Assembly: GCF_018350175.1 (NCBI RefSeq)
Contig: NC_058383.1
Span: 18,602,001 to 18,666,000 of the forward strand
DNA: 64,000 nt
Direction: 5' to 3'
Source: Felis catus
Lineage: Eukaryota
A program made the translations under genes and the position numbers. Of the stretch, positions 20,884 through 43,300 are shown piece by piece (within the stretch, counting starts at the first letter, position 1; each line of letters opens with the position of its first letter). The notes under the pieces were generated by a model. That model was not told the origin of the DNA. It ran no database searches and saw only the letters and a list, made by a program, of their open reading frames with translations.

Positions 20884-22505
20884 TCCTGTTTTGCCTAGGG
20901 ACAAGGAGTAGGAGCGAAGAGGGGTTGGTAAGAGCTCTGGCTTCTCATTTCAGGGTCATTAATGCTTCCCTAAGGGGAAGAAGGGGCCGGGCTGGTGGCT
21001 CCAATGTCCATTCCCTCATCTGTAGTCATTCTTGCAAAACAAAACTTGGCTAAGCTTTGTATTGTGGTTATTTGTGTCTACCTCTCAACCTCTTGTGAGT
21101 TCCTTGAAGGCAGAGGCCATGTATGACATGTTGCTGAGTTTCTAGGGCACCACAAGGGTAGTAGGACACCATATTTCATTGGTTGAGTGACCTGGGAAGC
21201 AGCCCAAGGGGGGCACATTTCAAACAGCAGTCTGAGGACTTGGTGGTGAGAAAGAGCTGGTAGAGGTGGGCACCAGCTGGTGGAAGCCCATAGAAGGGAT
21301 TAGCAGGGGAAGGACTCCATGAAGAAAATTCAGGATGCTGCTTAACTACTTAGAGAAAGGTAAGAGAATAATCACTCCTTATTTGGGACTATGTGAAGTG
21401 ACTTTGATCTACATCTCTTCCCCTAATCCCCACCTTCTAAATTTCCAATTAAAGGGACTAGATGAGATCACAGAATCAGAATCTTGGACCTTATTACTCG
21501 TCAGGTCTAAGTATCCTGGATGCAGGCAGGAATTCTGCTGCAGCCTGCTCGGCCAAACACACCTGCCTCTGGTGCTCTATTTCCTATTGCTAAAAAGGTC
21601 TCTAAGGTCACGTTTAGGTCTCACTTTGCGTCTTCACCAGCAATTTTCCTTTTTTGTTTTCTCATCTGTAAAGCGAGGGGGGAGGCGGGACTATTTCTGT
21701 GATAATCTTCAGTTCTAGGATAATTTGGGGAAAGGGATCTCTTCAATGCTTTGGATATTGCCAATAGGTAGAAATCCTCTTTGATCAGTGTTATCTTTAT
21801 TTTCAGTTCCGAAGCAATCTAAGGGCAACAGATAAGAATAAGGATGCCCGAAACTGGCTGTCTTTGTTCCCGGCCAGAGACAGTGAAGGGAGTAACCCGG
21901 TGGCCATATTTATTTCTGGCAATTGAAGGTCGCGAGAGGAGCTGAAGCCGCTCGCTGCCATGCCTAGTGCTGGCAGGATACGGTCAAGACCTACGCTAGT
22001 CTAATGTCTTGGCTCTTCTTTGCTGATCCTACCCGCTCTAGTTTTAAACCAGCGGTTCCAGGGTTCTCCCGGCCTCTCTCTGTCCCCCGCCCCGAGGCTG
22101 GGAAGGCCTAAAGCGAAGACAGAGAGAGGACCCGGAAGTTGTGGTGACCTCCAAAAGCACGTGATGAGGGACCCGCTGGTGTTGTCACGTGAGCCGCCCA
22201 CCTGCGGTACCTCGGGGCCGAACTTGCAGCTGCTCTTAAAGGTACAGACCGCAGAGCCCCCTGCTTTAAAGGGGGGCGGGGGCAGAGTCCAACGGGTGGG
22301 ACGTGATGGGGTGTGCGAGGGCGCGAGATGGAGCCCGGGGTAACGTGGTGGGTCGCCGGGCGCGAGTGCGGCGGAGAAGCCGGAGCCGGGACCGGCAGTG
22401 GGGCGTTGATCCTTCTCATCTGTCGCAGACCCTCATCCGCCGGGTCAGAGCCAAGCCTGGACTCTCGCTGACTTTGAACCCTTCGCGGGATCTGAACTTG
22501 ATGCC

Positions 22506-31602
<9,097 letters not shown>

Positions 31603-31838
31603 CACTCTGGCTTCTTGGAGCACCGGTCACACTAATCTGGGCCTGCGCTGACAGGCGGGCAAGTCAGGCCGCGGGCCCACAGCCCAGAGCTCATTCCCAG
31701 AGCTCCGCCCCAGGCTTCCCTGCACGGCTGGGGTGCAGAGAAGCACCGAGGTTCCGTTCCCCCTTGAGCTGGGGGGAGCCGTTTTCTCCCACTCCCAGGC
31801 TGGCCTTGGGGGGTTTCTTCACGGCATCATGTCCTTGG

Positions 31839-31844
31839 AATAAA
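31839..31844 (+). terminator. CLN3: CLN3 polyadenylation signal
   Basis: AATAAA about 240 nt after the stop codon, followed by T/GT-rich sequence. Confidence 0.8.
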
Positions 31845-32249
31845 TGCCTATTTTGTCAGTTGATTCCTGTGCCACTGTTTCTGGTTGAAAAAAAATGTTT
31901 CTTTTATTACAGAAGTAATACAAACCCACTTTGGAATGTAGGCAGGAGAGCATAGAGAAAGCATTTCAGCAGATTTCTACCTCATCTTTGAGGCCTTACT
32001 CATTCATTCATTCATTCATTCATTCACTGTCCGGGGCCATATATATACATTTCCCCCCAACATGTAAGTTTTCAAGCCTACGGGGAGGTGGAGAGAATTC
32101 GTATTCATGTAGGCATGGTTCCACAGTAAACCTTTTGCTAGAATTACTTTATCCCATATGTAACACTCCATGCAAATCAGCCTATCTTATTTTTGTGACA
32201 TATTTCAAAGCAGGAGGCTGACTTTCATATATTTCTCCTATGTTTCTAA

Positions 32250-33722
32250 GATTTTATTTTATTTTTTCAAGTTTATTTATTTTAAGAAAGAGAGAGAGAG
32301 GAAGAGTGGGGGAAGGGCAGAGCGAGAGGGAGAGAGAGACTCCCAAGCAGGCTCCACCAGCACAGGGCCTGACACAGGGCTCAATCTCATGAACCGGGAG
32401 ATCATGACCAGAGCCAAAATCAAGAGTCGAACATTTAACCAACTGAGCCATCCAGGCGTCCCAAGATTTTATTTTAATTTTTTTTAACGTTTATTTATTT
32501 TTGAGACAGAGAGACGCAGAGCATGAACGGGGGGGAGGGTCAGAGAGAGGGAGACACAGAATCTGAAACAGGCTCCAGGCTCTGAGCTGTCAGCACAGAG
32601 CCCGACGCGGGGCTCGAACTCACGGACTGCGAGATCATGACCGGAGCCGAAGTCGGCCGCTTAACCGACTGAGCCACCCAGGCGCCCCCCGAGATTTTAT
32701 TTTAAAGTGATCTCTATAGCCGACGTGGCATTCAAACCTACAACCCTGAGATCGAGAGTTGCATGCTTTGTGGACTGAGCCAGCCAGGCGCCCCCAATAC
32801 ACTTCCCTCTAAACACATCAGCATGCAGGTGCGCCTGGGTGGCTCAGTCAGTTAAGCATCTAACTCTTGATTTTGGCTCAGGTCTAACCTCCCAGTTTGT
32901 GGGATCGGCCTCCATGTCGGGCTCCATGCTGACAGCATGGAGGTTGCTTGGGATCTTCTCTCTCCCTCTTTCTCTGCCCCTCCCCTGCTCTCTCTCTCTC
33001 TCTCACTCAAAATAAATAAACATTAAACGCTCCAGCATGCACATTAGCTAGAATCTAGTATTTTTGTACAGCCCTTTTTTTAGGTATAATTTTTATACAC
33101 TAAAATGCATAAATCATATCTATTTTTTAATTTTTTTAATGTTTACTTATTTTTGAAACAGAGACAGAGCATGAGTGGGGAGGGGCAGAGAGAGAGGGAG
33201 ACACAGAATCCAAATCAGACTTCAGGCTCTGAGCTGTCAGCACAGAGCCGGACGGGGGGCTTGAACTCATGAGACTTGAGATCATCACCTGACCCAAAGT
33301 TGGACGCTTCATCGACTGAGCCCCCCCAGGCGCCCCTGCATAAATCATGTATTTTTAAACAAATTTTAGGGGCTTCTGGGTGGCTCAGTAGGTTGAACAC
33401 CTGACTTCGATCAGGTCATGATCTCACAGTGTGTGGGTTCAAGCCCCACGTCAGGCTCTTCGTTGACAGCAGGTAGCCTGCTTCAGATTCGCTGTCTCTC
33501 TCTCTCTGTCTCTCTGCCCCTCCCCCCACCTCATTAAAATTTTTTTAATGCTTATTTATTTTGAGAGAGAGAGATAGCAAGCAAGGGAGGGGCAAAGAGA
33601 GGGAGAGAGAATCCCAAGCAGGCTGTGCACTGTCAGCGCGGGCTCCAACTCCCACACACACGTGAGATCATGACCTGAGCTGAAGTCGGATGCTTAACTG
33701 ACTGAGCCATCCAGGCGTCCCC
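32250..33722. mobile_element. Cluster of ~7 CAN-SINEs in both orientations just 3' of CLN3
   Basis: Minus copies at about 32260-32462, 32478-32690, 32695-32794, 33125-33335 and 33540-33722; plus copies at about 32828-33026 and 33368-33530. Confidence 0.9.
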
Positions 33723-33864
33723 ATCGAGTGCTTTTATTCACTTAGTATTTCTTCTAATTAAGTGACAAGATAAATTTTCAAAAGGAAGCTTAATGCTACT
33801 CTTGGAATCATGAGTTTGAAATGCTAGTTACATGTTTTCTTCTACACCCCATTAAAATAAACGC

Positions 33865-34365
33865 AGACAGTCCCTGACTCATGAGGGTTTCACTTACAAT
33901 TTTCCGACTTTACAATGGTGTGAACGTGAGAGCCAGTCAGTAGAAGCTCTACTTGGAATTTGGAATTTTGATCTTTTCCCGGGCTGGCGATACGTGGTGC
34001 TATCCTCTCGTGACGCGGGGCAGTGGCGGCCATCCGCAGCTCCCAGTCAGCCACGCGATCGCCGGGGTCAACGACGGACTCACCTACAACCCTTGTGTTC
34101 CCGTACAACCGTTTTGTCACTTTCAGTACGGTATTCAATCAATCACATGAGGTATTCCACTCTCTATTGTAAAATAGATGTTGCGTTCGATGACTTTGCC
34201 CCACTGCAGGCTGGGATAAGTGTTCTGAACACATTTCAGGTAGGCTCGGCTAAGCCACGATGTTCAGTAGGTTGGGTGTATCACATGCATTTTCAAATTA
34301 AAATAGTTTCGACTTAATGGGTTCATCACAACAGAACCCCGTCTTCAGTCGAGGAAGACCTACCG
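33865..34365 (-). mobile_element. MER47/Tigger5-like Tc1-mariner relic
   Basis: Ends CAGACAGTCCCTGACTCATGA... and ...AGTCGAGGAAGACCT; internal TAGGCTCGGCTAAGC...GTAGGTTGGGTGTA...ATGCATTTTC resembles the MER47 family. Confidence 0.7.
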
Positions 34366-34740
34366 GTACATAACTCTCGGAGTTCAAAGTGAACGTCCAA
34401 GTACGCTCTGAGACCATCCCATCACTACGTGTGATGTTTGGGGCCCACACTGAGCGAAACGTGGGCATGAGGGTTAATAGCGTGGGCTTTGCAGGCAGAG
34501 AAGCCCGGTCTGCGGGCCCCAGCTCCACCATCCGCTAACTCACGATCTCGGGCAATTACCTTCATCTCTGCACTTCCGTTTACTGATTTGTCCAATGGGA
34601 ATAACAGAAGTTCCAACCCCTCATAATATGGTCGTGGAAATGATATGACCTCACGGGAAGGCAGAGTCAGCACTCAGTACATGTTAGCTTTGATCCTGCT
34701 ACAGTTGGAATCCTGCCTCTCCTGTTACACCGCATTGTGC

Positions 34741-35094
34741 CAGTGGTTCTCACACTTTAGTGTGCTCCAAAGGGCTAGTGAAGTACGGATTGCTGGGCCC
34801 ACCCCCCAGGGCTCTGATTGAGGAAGTGTGGGGTGGGGACCAAGAATATGCATTTCTATCATACATGTAGGTAATGCTGATGCTGTTGTTCTTGGGACAA
34901 CATTTTTTTTTTTAAGTTTATTTGAGACCGAGAGAGAGAGAGCAGGGGAGGGGCCCAGAGGGAGGGGAACAGGGCATCTGAAGGGAGGCTTTGTGCCAAC
35001 AGCAGACAGCCTGATGCGGGGCTCGAACTCACCATGAGATCATGACCTGAGTTGAAGTCAGACGCTTAACCCACTGAGCCATCCAGGTGCCCCT
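34741..35094. mobile_element. MER5A-like relic followed by a minus-strand CAN-SINE (34902-35094)
   Basis: CAGTGGTTCTCA...GGGTGGGGACCAAGAATATGCATTTCT, then a reverse SINE. Confidence 0.75.
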
Positions 35095-35589
35095 TTAAAA
35101 CATTTTTTTTTTAATAGGACTTCCCTCAGCCTCCTTTTCAGTTCAACAAATTTATGAGTTTGTTCTTCAGGCCAGGAACTTTTTAGATAGAAAAATATGT
35201 TTCATTTTGACGGGTACATAGTATTCCATCACTGTGGCCCTTTACAGCTCGTTTAATCGTTCTATTAATGCTGGCCATTTGTCTTGTCTCCATTTATTAT
35301 TATTATTATTATTATTACTATTATTAAAAATAACCCTTTTACATTAGATTTTTCTGTATATAACAGTATTTCTCTGGGGTAGATTCTCAAAAGTGAAACT
35401 TGAAGGATGCGCGTTCTTTGAGGGCTGATACGTAACCACATAATTTTCTGAAAGGTGTTTTGTTTCACCAGTTTAGTGCACCTGCAAAGTGTGTGTGCTT
35501 CACAGCACCCTCCTCAGCACTGGGTATAATCGGTTTTGATCATTTGCTAAGTGAGTGGAAACGTATCCAATCTGGATTATCTAAACGTT

Positions 35590-38500
35590 TCTAACAGCTT
35601 TACTGAGATATACATTGCTTCACGTAACCGTATACTGTAATCGGTTTTCTGTATAATCAAAGATAAGTATGCCCCATATTACAGGCAACTCTAGAACACC
35701 TGTATCACCCCATAAAGGAATCCTATACTCTGTAGCTGTCACTCCCTACCCTTCCATCCCCACCCTACCCCCATCAGCCCTAAGAAACTTCCAGTCTACT
35801 TCCTGTCTCTATAGATTTCCCTATTCTGGGCATTTTGTGTGAATGGAATCATATAACATGTGGCCCCGGTGACTGGGTTCTTTCTCTTAGCATAATATTC
35901 TTAAGGGTCACCCATGTTGTAACATGGATCAGTATCTTATTCCTTTTTATGGCCGAATAATATTATTTCATTGTGTGGACATACAATGCTTTGTTTATCC
36001 ACGTGTCCATTGATGGAAATCCAGCGCGTTTCCTTTTTTCCATTTTAATTTTTTGCTACTATGAACAATGCTGCTCTAAGCATTTGTGTCAAGTGTGTGT
36101 GTGTGTGTGTATGTGTGTTTATTTTTGAAAGAGAGAGAGAGAGAGAGTGGGAGACACAGAATCGGAAGCCGGCTCCAGGCTCTGAGCTGTCAACACAGAG
36201 CCCGACGCGGGGCTCGAACTCACAGACCGCGAGATCATGACCTGAGCCGAGGTCAGACGCCCAACCGACTGAGCCACCCAGGCACCCCATTGGGTCAAGT
36301 TTTCGAGCACACATACGTTTTCATTTCTCTTGAGTAACAGGGGCTATAACACTGTAGGTCGTTTGGTAACTCTGTTTAATTCATGACGGAACTGCCAGCC
36401 TGTTACCCAAAGTGACTATACCATTTTACGTTCCACCAGTAACGCGTGAGGGTTCTGATTCTCCACATCCTCACCGATATTTACTCTTTTCCTGTTTTGT
36501 TTGTTTTTTTTTTGTTCTTTATTATAGCCTCCTAGTGGGTGTGAAATGGTATCTCATTGAGGTTTTGATGTGCATTTCCCTAATGGCTAAGGATTTTGAG
36601 CGTCTTTTAATGTACTTATTGGTCATTTGTATATGTTCTTTGGAGAAAAAAGTCCTTTGCCCATTTAAAAAAATGTTTGAGTTGTAAAAGTTCTTTATGT
36701 ATTGGGTGCCTGGGTGGCTCAGTCGGTTAAGCGGCCGACTTCGGCTCGGGTCACGATCTCGCGGTCCGTGAGATCGAGCCCCGCGTCGGGCCCTGTGCTG
36801 ACGGCTCAGAGCCTGGAGCCTGTTTCGAATTCTGTGTCTCCCTCTCTCTGACCCTCCCCCATTCATTCTCTGTCTCTCTCTGTCTCAAAAATAAATAAAT
36901 AAACGTTAAAAAAAATTTTTTTTAACTTCTTTATGTATCTTAGATACAAATTCTTTATCAGAGGCAGGATTTTCAAATGTTTTCTCCTCTTCTGTGTGTT
37001 ACTTTTTTTTACCTTTTTGATGATGTCTTTGGTGCACAACAGTTTTGAATTTTGATGAAGCCAAATTTATCTATTTTTCCTTTGGCTGCTTGGACTTTTG
37101 GTGAAATAGTTAAGAAAGCATTGCCAAAGCTACAGTCAAGAAGAATTATCCCTGTGTTTGTTTGTTTTTTTAAGTTTATTTATTTTTGAGATGGAGGGGG
37201 GGAGGGTCAGAAGGAGAGAGAGAGAGAGAGAGAGAGAGAATCCCAAACAGGCTCTGCACTGTCAGCATGGAGCTCAACTTGGGGCTTGAACTCACAAACC
37301 ATGAGATCATGACCCGAGCCAAATCAAGAGTCAGATGCTTAACTGACTGAGCGATCCAGGCGCCCCTCCCTATTTCTTTTTAAAAGTTGTATTGTTTTGG
37401 CTCTTACATTTAAGTCTTTCGTCCATTTTGAGTTCTTATTTGCATGTCATGTGAGGTAAGGGTATGCCCAGAAAAGAGTTAACGTAGCAGGCCCAAACGA
37501 CTAACCTTGTAAAAGGCTGCTTGCAAGGTTGGCCTGTGGTTGGAGTTTGCGAACTTAGGTTTCAAGAGGATTCCCATCACTAATTGCTACCAGGGGCACA
37601 CACTTCTTAAAAGACCTGTACAAACACTATGGGTTCTGCTGAGCACTCGATTTCCTTCTAGAAGTTTGGAATTTCCCTAGTTGGCAACATTTCATAGGTG
37701 TTGTCACAATTCATTGCTGGGAGAATTAAATATGTGTTTTCACCAGGACAAGACTCTTGGAATCTTGTATCTGGTTGCCCTGGACTTCATTCCATGTGTC
37801 TTTCTTTTCCCTTTGCTGATTTTTGGCTTGTTTCCTTTCAGCCGTGAGTATGACTATATGCTGAGTCCTATGAGTCTTCCTAGTGAATCATTGAACTTGA
37901 GGATGGTCTTGGGGACCCCTAACACGGGGCCCAACTTCATCCTTTTGCATGTGGATATCCAGGTGTCCCAACGCCATTTATTGAAAAGATTCCCAGGGCA
38001 CATGGGTGGCTCAGTCAGTTAAGCATCTGACTTAGGTTCAGGTCATGATCTCACAGTTTGTGGGTTCGAGCTCCATGTCGGACTCTGTGCTGACAGCTCA
38101 GAGCCTGGAGCCTGCTTCGGATTCTGTGTCTCCCTTCTCTCTTTGCTCCTCCCCCACTCACACCCTATCTCTCCCTGTCTCAAAAATAAGTAAACATTTA
38201 AAAAAATGTTTTTAAAGAAAAAAAAGATTCCCTATTGATTTGTTTTGGAAGATCAGTTGTTATAAATCAGTTGACTGTAAATTTGGGGATTTATTTCTGG
38301 ACTCTCAATTCAATCCTATCGATCTACATGCTTATTCTTATGCTATTACAACACTGTCTTGATTACTGTGGTTTTGTAGAGAGTTTTTGAAATAGGGAGG
38401 TGTGAATCCCCTAACGTTGTTCTTCTTTTTCAAAAACGTTTTATGAATCTCTGCATAGAAACCAACTTGCGATTTTGATAGGGATTGCACTGAACCCGTT

Positions 38501-39945
38501 GATCAGTTTGGGGAGTATTGCCAACTTAACAATATTAACTGTTTGGATCCATGAACATGGGATGCATTTCCTCTTATTTAGAACTTTATTTTCTTTCAAC
38601 AATGCTTTCTAATTTCAAAGTATACATTTTGCTCTTCTTTTGTTAAATTTATTTCTAAGTATTTTCTTCTTTCTCGGTGCTTTTGTGAGTGAAATTGTTT
38701 TCCTAGTTTGCTTTTGGGATTGGTCTCTACAAACGTATAAAAATACAATTGCTTTCTGTCTTTTCTCTTTTACCCTCCAACCTTGCTGAACTCAACATTA
38801 CTTCCAACAGTTTTTGGTGAATTCCTTAGGATTTTCTATATACGAGGTCTGCAAACCTATCTAATCTGTCCTTTATGTAATTTTTTGCCTAATTGCCCTG
38901 GCTAGAACCTCTAGTACAACGTGGAAGAGAAGTGGTAAGAGTAGACTTCCTTGTCTTATTCCTGATTTTAGGGGGAAAGCTTTCAATCTTTCATCATTAA
39001 GTATGATGTTAGCTGTGGATTTTTTGTAGATGTCCTATATATCATATTGAGGAAGTTCCCTTCTGTTCCTACTTTGTAAAGTGTTTCTATCATGAAGATG
39101 TTTTGCATCTTGTCAAATGCTCTTTTTTTCACATCTATTGAGATGATCGTGTGGTTTTTGTCTTTTACCGATATGGTGTATTACATGGATTCGTTTTTTT
39201 CTTTAATGTGTATTTATTTATTTTGAGAGAGAGAAAGAGAGTGAGTAGGGGAGGAGCAGAGAGAGACAGAGTCACAAGCAGGCTCCATACTTTCAGCGCA
39301 GAGCCCGATGAGGGGCTTGAACCTAAGAATTGTGAGATTCTGAGCCAAAATCAAGAGTCAGATGTTTAACTGACTGAGCCACCCAGGTGCCCCTACACTA
39401 ATTCATTTTCACATGTCAACCCAAATTTGTGTTCCTTTTTAAAAAATATTTTAATGTTTATTTATTTCTGAGAGAGAGCATGAGATGGGGAGGGGCAGAG
39501 AGAGAGGTAGACACAGAATCTAAAACAGGCTCCAGGCTCTAAGCTGTCAGCACAGAGCTGTCCTGGGGCTCGAACCCACACACTGCAAGAGCCGAGCCGA
39601 AGTCATTCGCCCAGTTGACTGAGCCACCCAGGCACCCCCCTCACAACTTCGTATTCCTAATAAATCTCACTCGGTCACAGTTTGTATATTAGATTTTCTA
39701 GTGTTTTGTTGAGGATTTTGTGTCTCTATTTATAATAGATATTAGTCTGTAATTTTCTTATGTCATTTTTTTCTAGTTTTTGGTATCAGGGTGACGCTGA
39801 CCTCATTTAATGAGTTGGGAAGTATTCTTTTTTCTATTTTTTGGAAGAGTTTGTGAAGAACTACTATTAATTCTTTAAGTAGTTGCAGAATTAACCAGTG
39901 AAACCATATGGATCTGGGCTTTTCTCTGTGGGAAGTTTTTGCTAC
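35590..39945 (-). mobile_element. Old L1 (3'UTR plus ORF2 relic) interrupted by six CAN-SINEs and one LTR
   Basis: T-rich antisense L1 motifs: GTGAAATGGTATCTCATTG, TGCATTTCCCTAATG, TTTTGCATGTGGATATCCAG, TTGAGGAAGTTCCCTTCT. SINEs at about 36112-36288(-), 36704-36924(+), 37165-37366(-), 37995-38225(+), 39195-39393(-) and 39445-39640(-). Confidence 0.85.
37463..37925 (+). mobile_element. Solo ERVL-class LTR (MER68-like)
   Basis: Starts ...CAGAAAAGAGTTAACGTAGCAGGCC...GCTTGCAAGGTTGGCC and ends TGGTCTTGGGGACCCCTAACA. It splits a continuous L1 sequence. Confidence 0.7.
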
Positions 39946-40330
39946 GTGTGTTTTTAAGCACTTGAAATGTAGCTAGTATGACTGAAAAACTGGACTTCTA
40001 ATTTCATTTAATACAGAACAAGCCACAGATGGCTGTTGTTGACCGTATTGGACAAAAGAGGTCTTGCTTGGACAGTGGTTCTCACTGGGGTGATACTGCC
40101 CCCTGTTGTCATTTTGGAAGTTTGTGGGGGTTTTGAATCTCACTGTGAATGAAGGCAGGGCCCTTACAGGGTGAGGGCCAAGCCATCCTGCTATGTGCAA
40201 TATCGTCCTGCATGAAGAATAATTTTCCTGTACCCAAGTGGCCTGTCGGTGTCCCTGCTAGACATCTAACAATACGTGCCAAAAATCTAACTTCATTTTA
40301 CATGTAAACTCAAGATATATCTTGCTTGAT

Positions 40331-43097
40331 GGGGCGCCTGGGTGGCTCAGTCAGTTGAGCATCTGACTTCGGCTCAGGTCACGATCTCACTGTCCAGGAG
40401 TTCAAGCCCTGCGTTGGGCTCTGTGCTGACAGGTTGGAGCCTGGAGTCTGCTTCAGATTCTGTGTCTTCCTCTCTCACCGTCCCTCCCCCGCTCATGCTC
40501 TGTGTCTCTCTCCGTCTCTCTCTGTCAAAGATAAATAAACATTAAAAAAATGTTTTTAAGATATATCTTGCTTGCTGTTAATCTGCACCAAATTTTCCAG
40601 GAATTCAACTATTACTTACATTGCAGGAAGACTGTGTTTTGTTTTCTTTGGATCTCTCCCAAGAGCTGCTCACTATATTTGGAAAATCCCCTCACTGAAG
40701 GCATCCCTTATAGTAACACCTATAAGGCTGCACCGTAGCTGCCTCGTTCACTGTGATTCTAAAAATGTCAAAAGCCTGAGTATATGTATGGAAACCAATT
40801 TGACAATAAATTTCATATATTGAAAAAAAAAAGGCTGAGTATATATACACATACCGCTTTCAAATTATCAAACATAAAGAAAAAAGTTCAACATTTGTTC
40901 ATATTATAATTGTCTTCTCATAAATCCAAACTATGTCATTACAAGTAGGTGTAAATCTCTAACTCTTTCCTTCTATCTTCTAGGGAAATCACACCTTAAC
41001 ATTTGCATATTTAAGTACTTCTTTCCTTTTCTTTTAATGTTTATTTATTTATTTTTGAATGAGAGAGAGAAAGAGAAGGGGTGTGTGAGCGGGGGAGGGA
41101 CAGAGAAAGAGGGAGACAGAGAATCCCAAGCAGGCCCCAAGCTGTCAGTACAGAGCTCTTTTGGGGCTTGAACCCATGAACCACGAGATCATGACCTGAG
41201 CCAAAATCAGAGATTGGACGCTTTACTGACCGAACCACCCAGGCACCCCTTAAGTACATATTTAAACTTTTTTAAATGTTTATTTATTTTGAGAAAGAGA
41301 GAGACAGAGTGTGAATGAGAGAGAGGGAGACACAGAATCCAAAGCAGGCTCCAGGCTCTGAGCTGTCAGCACAGAGCCTGACGCGGGCCTCAAACCCACG
41401 AACCGAGAGATCATGACCTGAGCCAACTGAGCCACCCAGGTACCCCTTAAGCACATATTTCAAATAGAGTTTATTTGTCTTTTTCTCCTTTATAAATACA
41501 GTTCAAGTATAGCAGTATTTACTCAAGCTGAATATACATTTACTCTATGGTTCAGCTATGGGCTATCTCACCAAAGAAGGTACGTATTAATGTCCACAAA
41601 AAGAGTTGTATAAAAATGTTGATAAAAGCTTTGCTCATAATAGCCCCAGAGTGGGAACAACCCAAACCAACAGGAGAATTAATACGTTATGGCCTAGTTA
41701 CACAATTGGAGAGCAACGACCAGTATGTAACAACATGGATGAATCTCACAGATTCACTCACTTCTGAAAGAGGCCAGACACAAAAAAGGACATACATTAT
41801 AATTCTATGTATATGAGGCTCAAGGACAGGAAAGACTAACACGATGGTAGAAGTGAAACTAACAAGTTGGTGCACTCACTTGTATGTATGTTGCCTTGCC
41901 TTTCAATAGTAATCGTAAGAAGGACACATTATTGAACACATACTACATGAAATGCATTGAGGGAGGAGCAGCTGGGTGACTCAGTGGGCTAAGCATCCGA
42001 CTTTGGCTCAGATCATGATCTCATGGTTCATGGGTTCGGGCCCCGCATTGGGCTCTGTGCTGACAGTTTGGAGCCTAGAGCCTGCTTTGGATTCCGTGTC
42101 TCCCTCTCTCTGCCCCTCCCTGACTTGTGCGTACTCTCTCTCTCTCTCTCTCTCAAAAGTAAAAAAATATTTTTAAAAATGAGAAAAAAGAAAAAAGAAA
42201 TGCATTGAAAGAGATACTAAAATGTATTAAAGATACTATAGCCCTGGGTGCCTGGGTGGCTCAGTCAGTTAAGTATCTGACTTTGGCTCAGGTCATGATC
42301 TCGCCGTTTGTGAGTTTGAGTCTCGCATGGAGTCTCACATCAAGTCTCTCATTGGGTAAGCACGAGCCCTGCTTCTGGTGAACGTGAGCCCCACTTTGGG
42401 TGTGCCACTCTTCCCTCTCTGTCTTTCTCTCTGTCCCCTGCCCCTTGTGGGAGTCTCTCTCCGCCCTTGCTCACTTGAGCCCTCTGTCTCAATTAAAAAA
42501 AAAAAAAAAAGAGGGACGCCCAGGTGGCTCAGTCGGTTAAGCGTCCGACTTCAACTCAGGCCATGATCTCACGGTTTGTGAGTTCAAGCCCCGTGTCAGG
42601 TTCTGTGCTGACAGCTCAGAGCCTGGAGCCTGCTTCGGATTCTGTGTCTCTGCCTCTCCCATGCTCATGCTCTGTGTCTCTCTCTGTCTGTCTCTCAGTA
42701 ATAAATAAATGTTAAAAACATTTTTTTGAAAAAGATATTATTCCTGTCTTCAAGGAGTTCAGGAGCTATTTGGGAAAATAAAACACACACAAAGTAAAAA
42801 AAAAAATTGTATGTGTCAGAAGGTTATGGTGTCCATGAATTTCATAAAGTGTCTCAAGATAATTGTTTTAAGGGGCGCCTGGATGGCTTAGTCGGCTAAG
42901 TGTCTGACTTCAGCCCAGGTCACGGTCTTAAATGTCTGTGGATTCAAGCCCACGTAGGGTTCTGTGCTGACAGCTCAGAGCCTGGAGCCTGCTTCAGATT
43001 CTGTGTCTCCCTCCCTCTCTTTCTGACCCTCCCCCGTGTGTGCTCCGTGTCTATCTCTCTCTCTCTCAAAAATAAATAAAACATTACCAAAAAAAAT
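40331..43097. mobile_element. CAN-SINE-rich block
   Basis: Copies at about 40331-40550(+), 41030-41250(-), 41268-41446(-), 41965-42175(+), 42245-42510(+, variant with internally repeated GAGYCYCRCRT units), 42513-42720(+) and 42871-43097(+), between older repeat fragments. Confidence 0.85.
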
Positions 43098-43300
43098 TGT
43101 TTTAAGATATTTGTTTTAAAAATGGGGCACCGGATCCACCAGAACTGAGGCCTCCACGGCTGGAGGGAGTGAGAGAGAGCATGGTACCTAGGATTCAGTC
43201 CCAGAGAGCAGTCTTAAGGCAACCCTCCCCCCCCCCCATCGCCATGCTCAGTCCTGTCTCCTCTCAGTCTGCTCCCCTCTCACTTTAAAGTGTATCTCAC

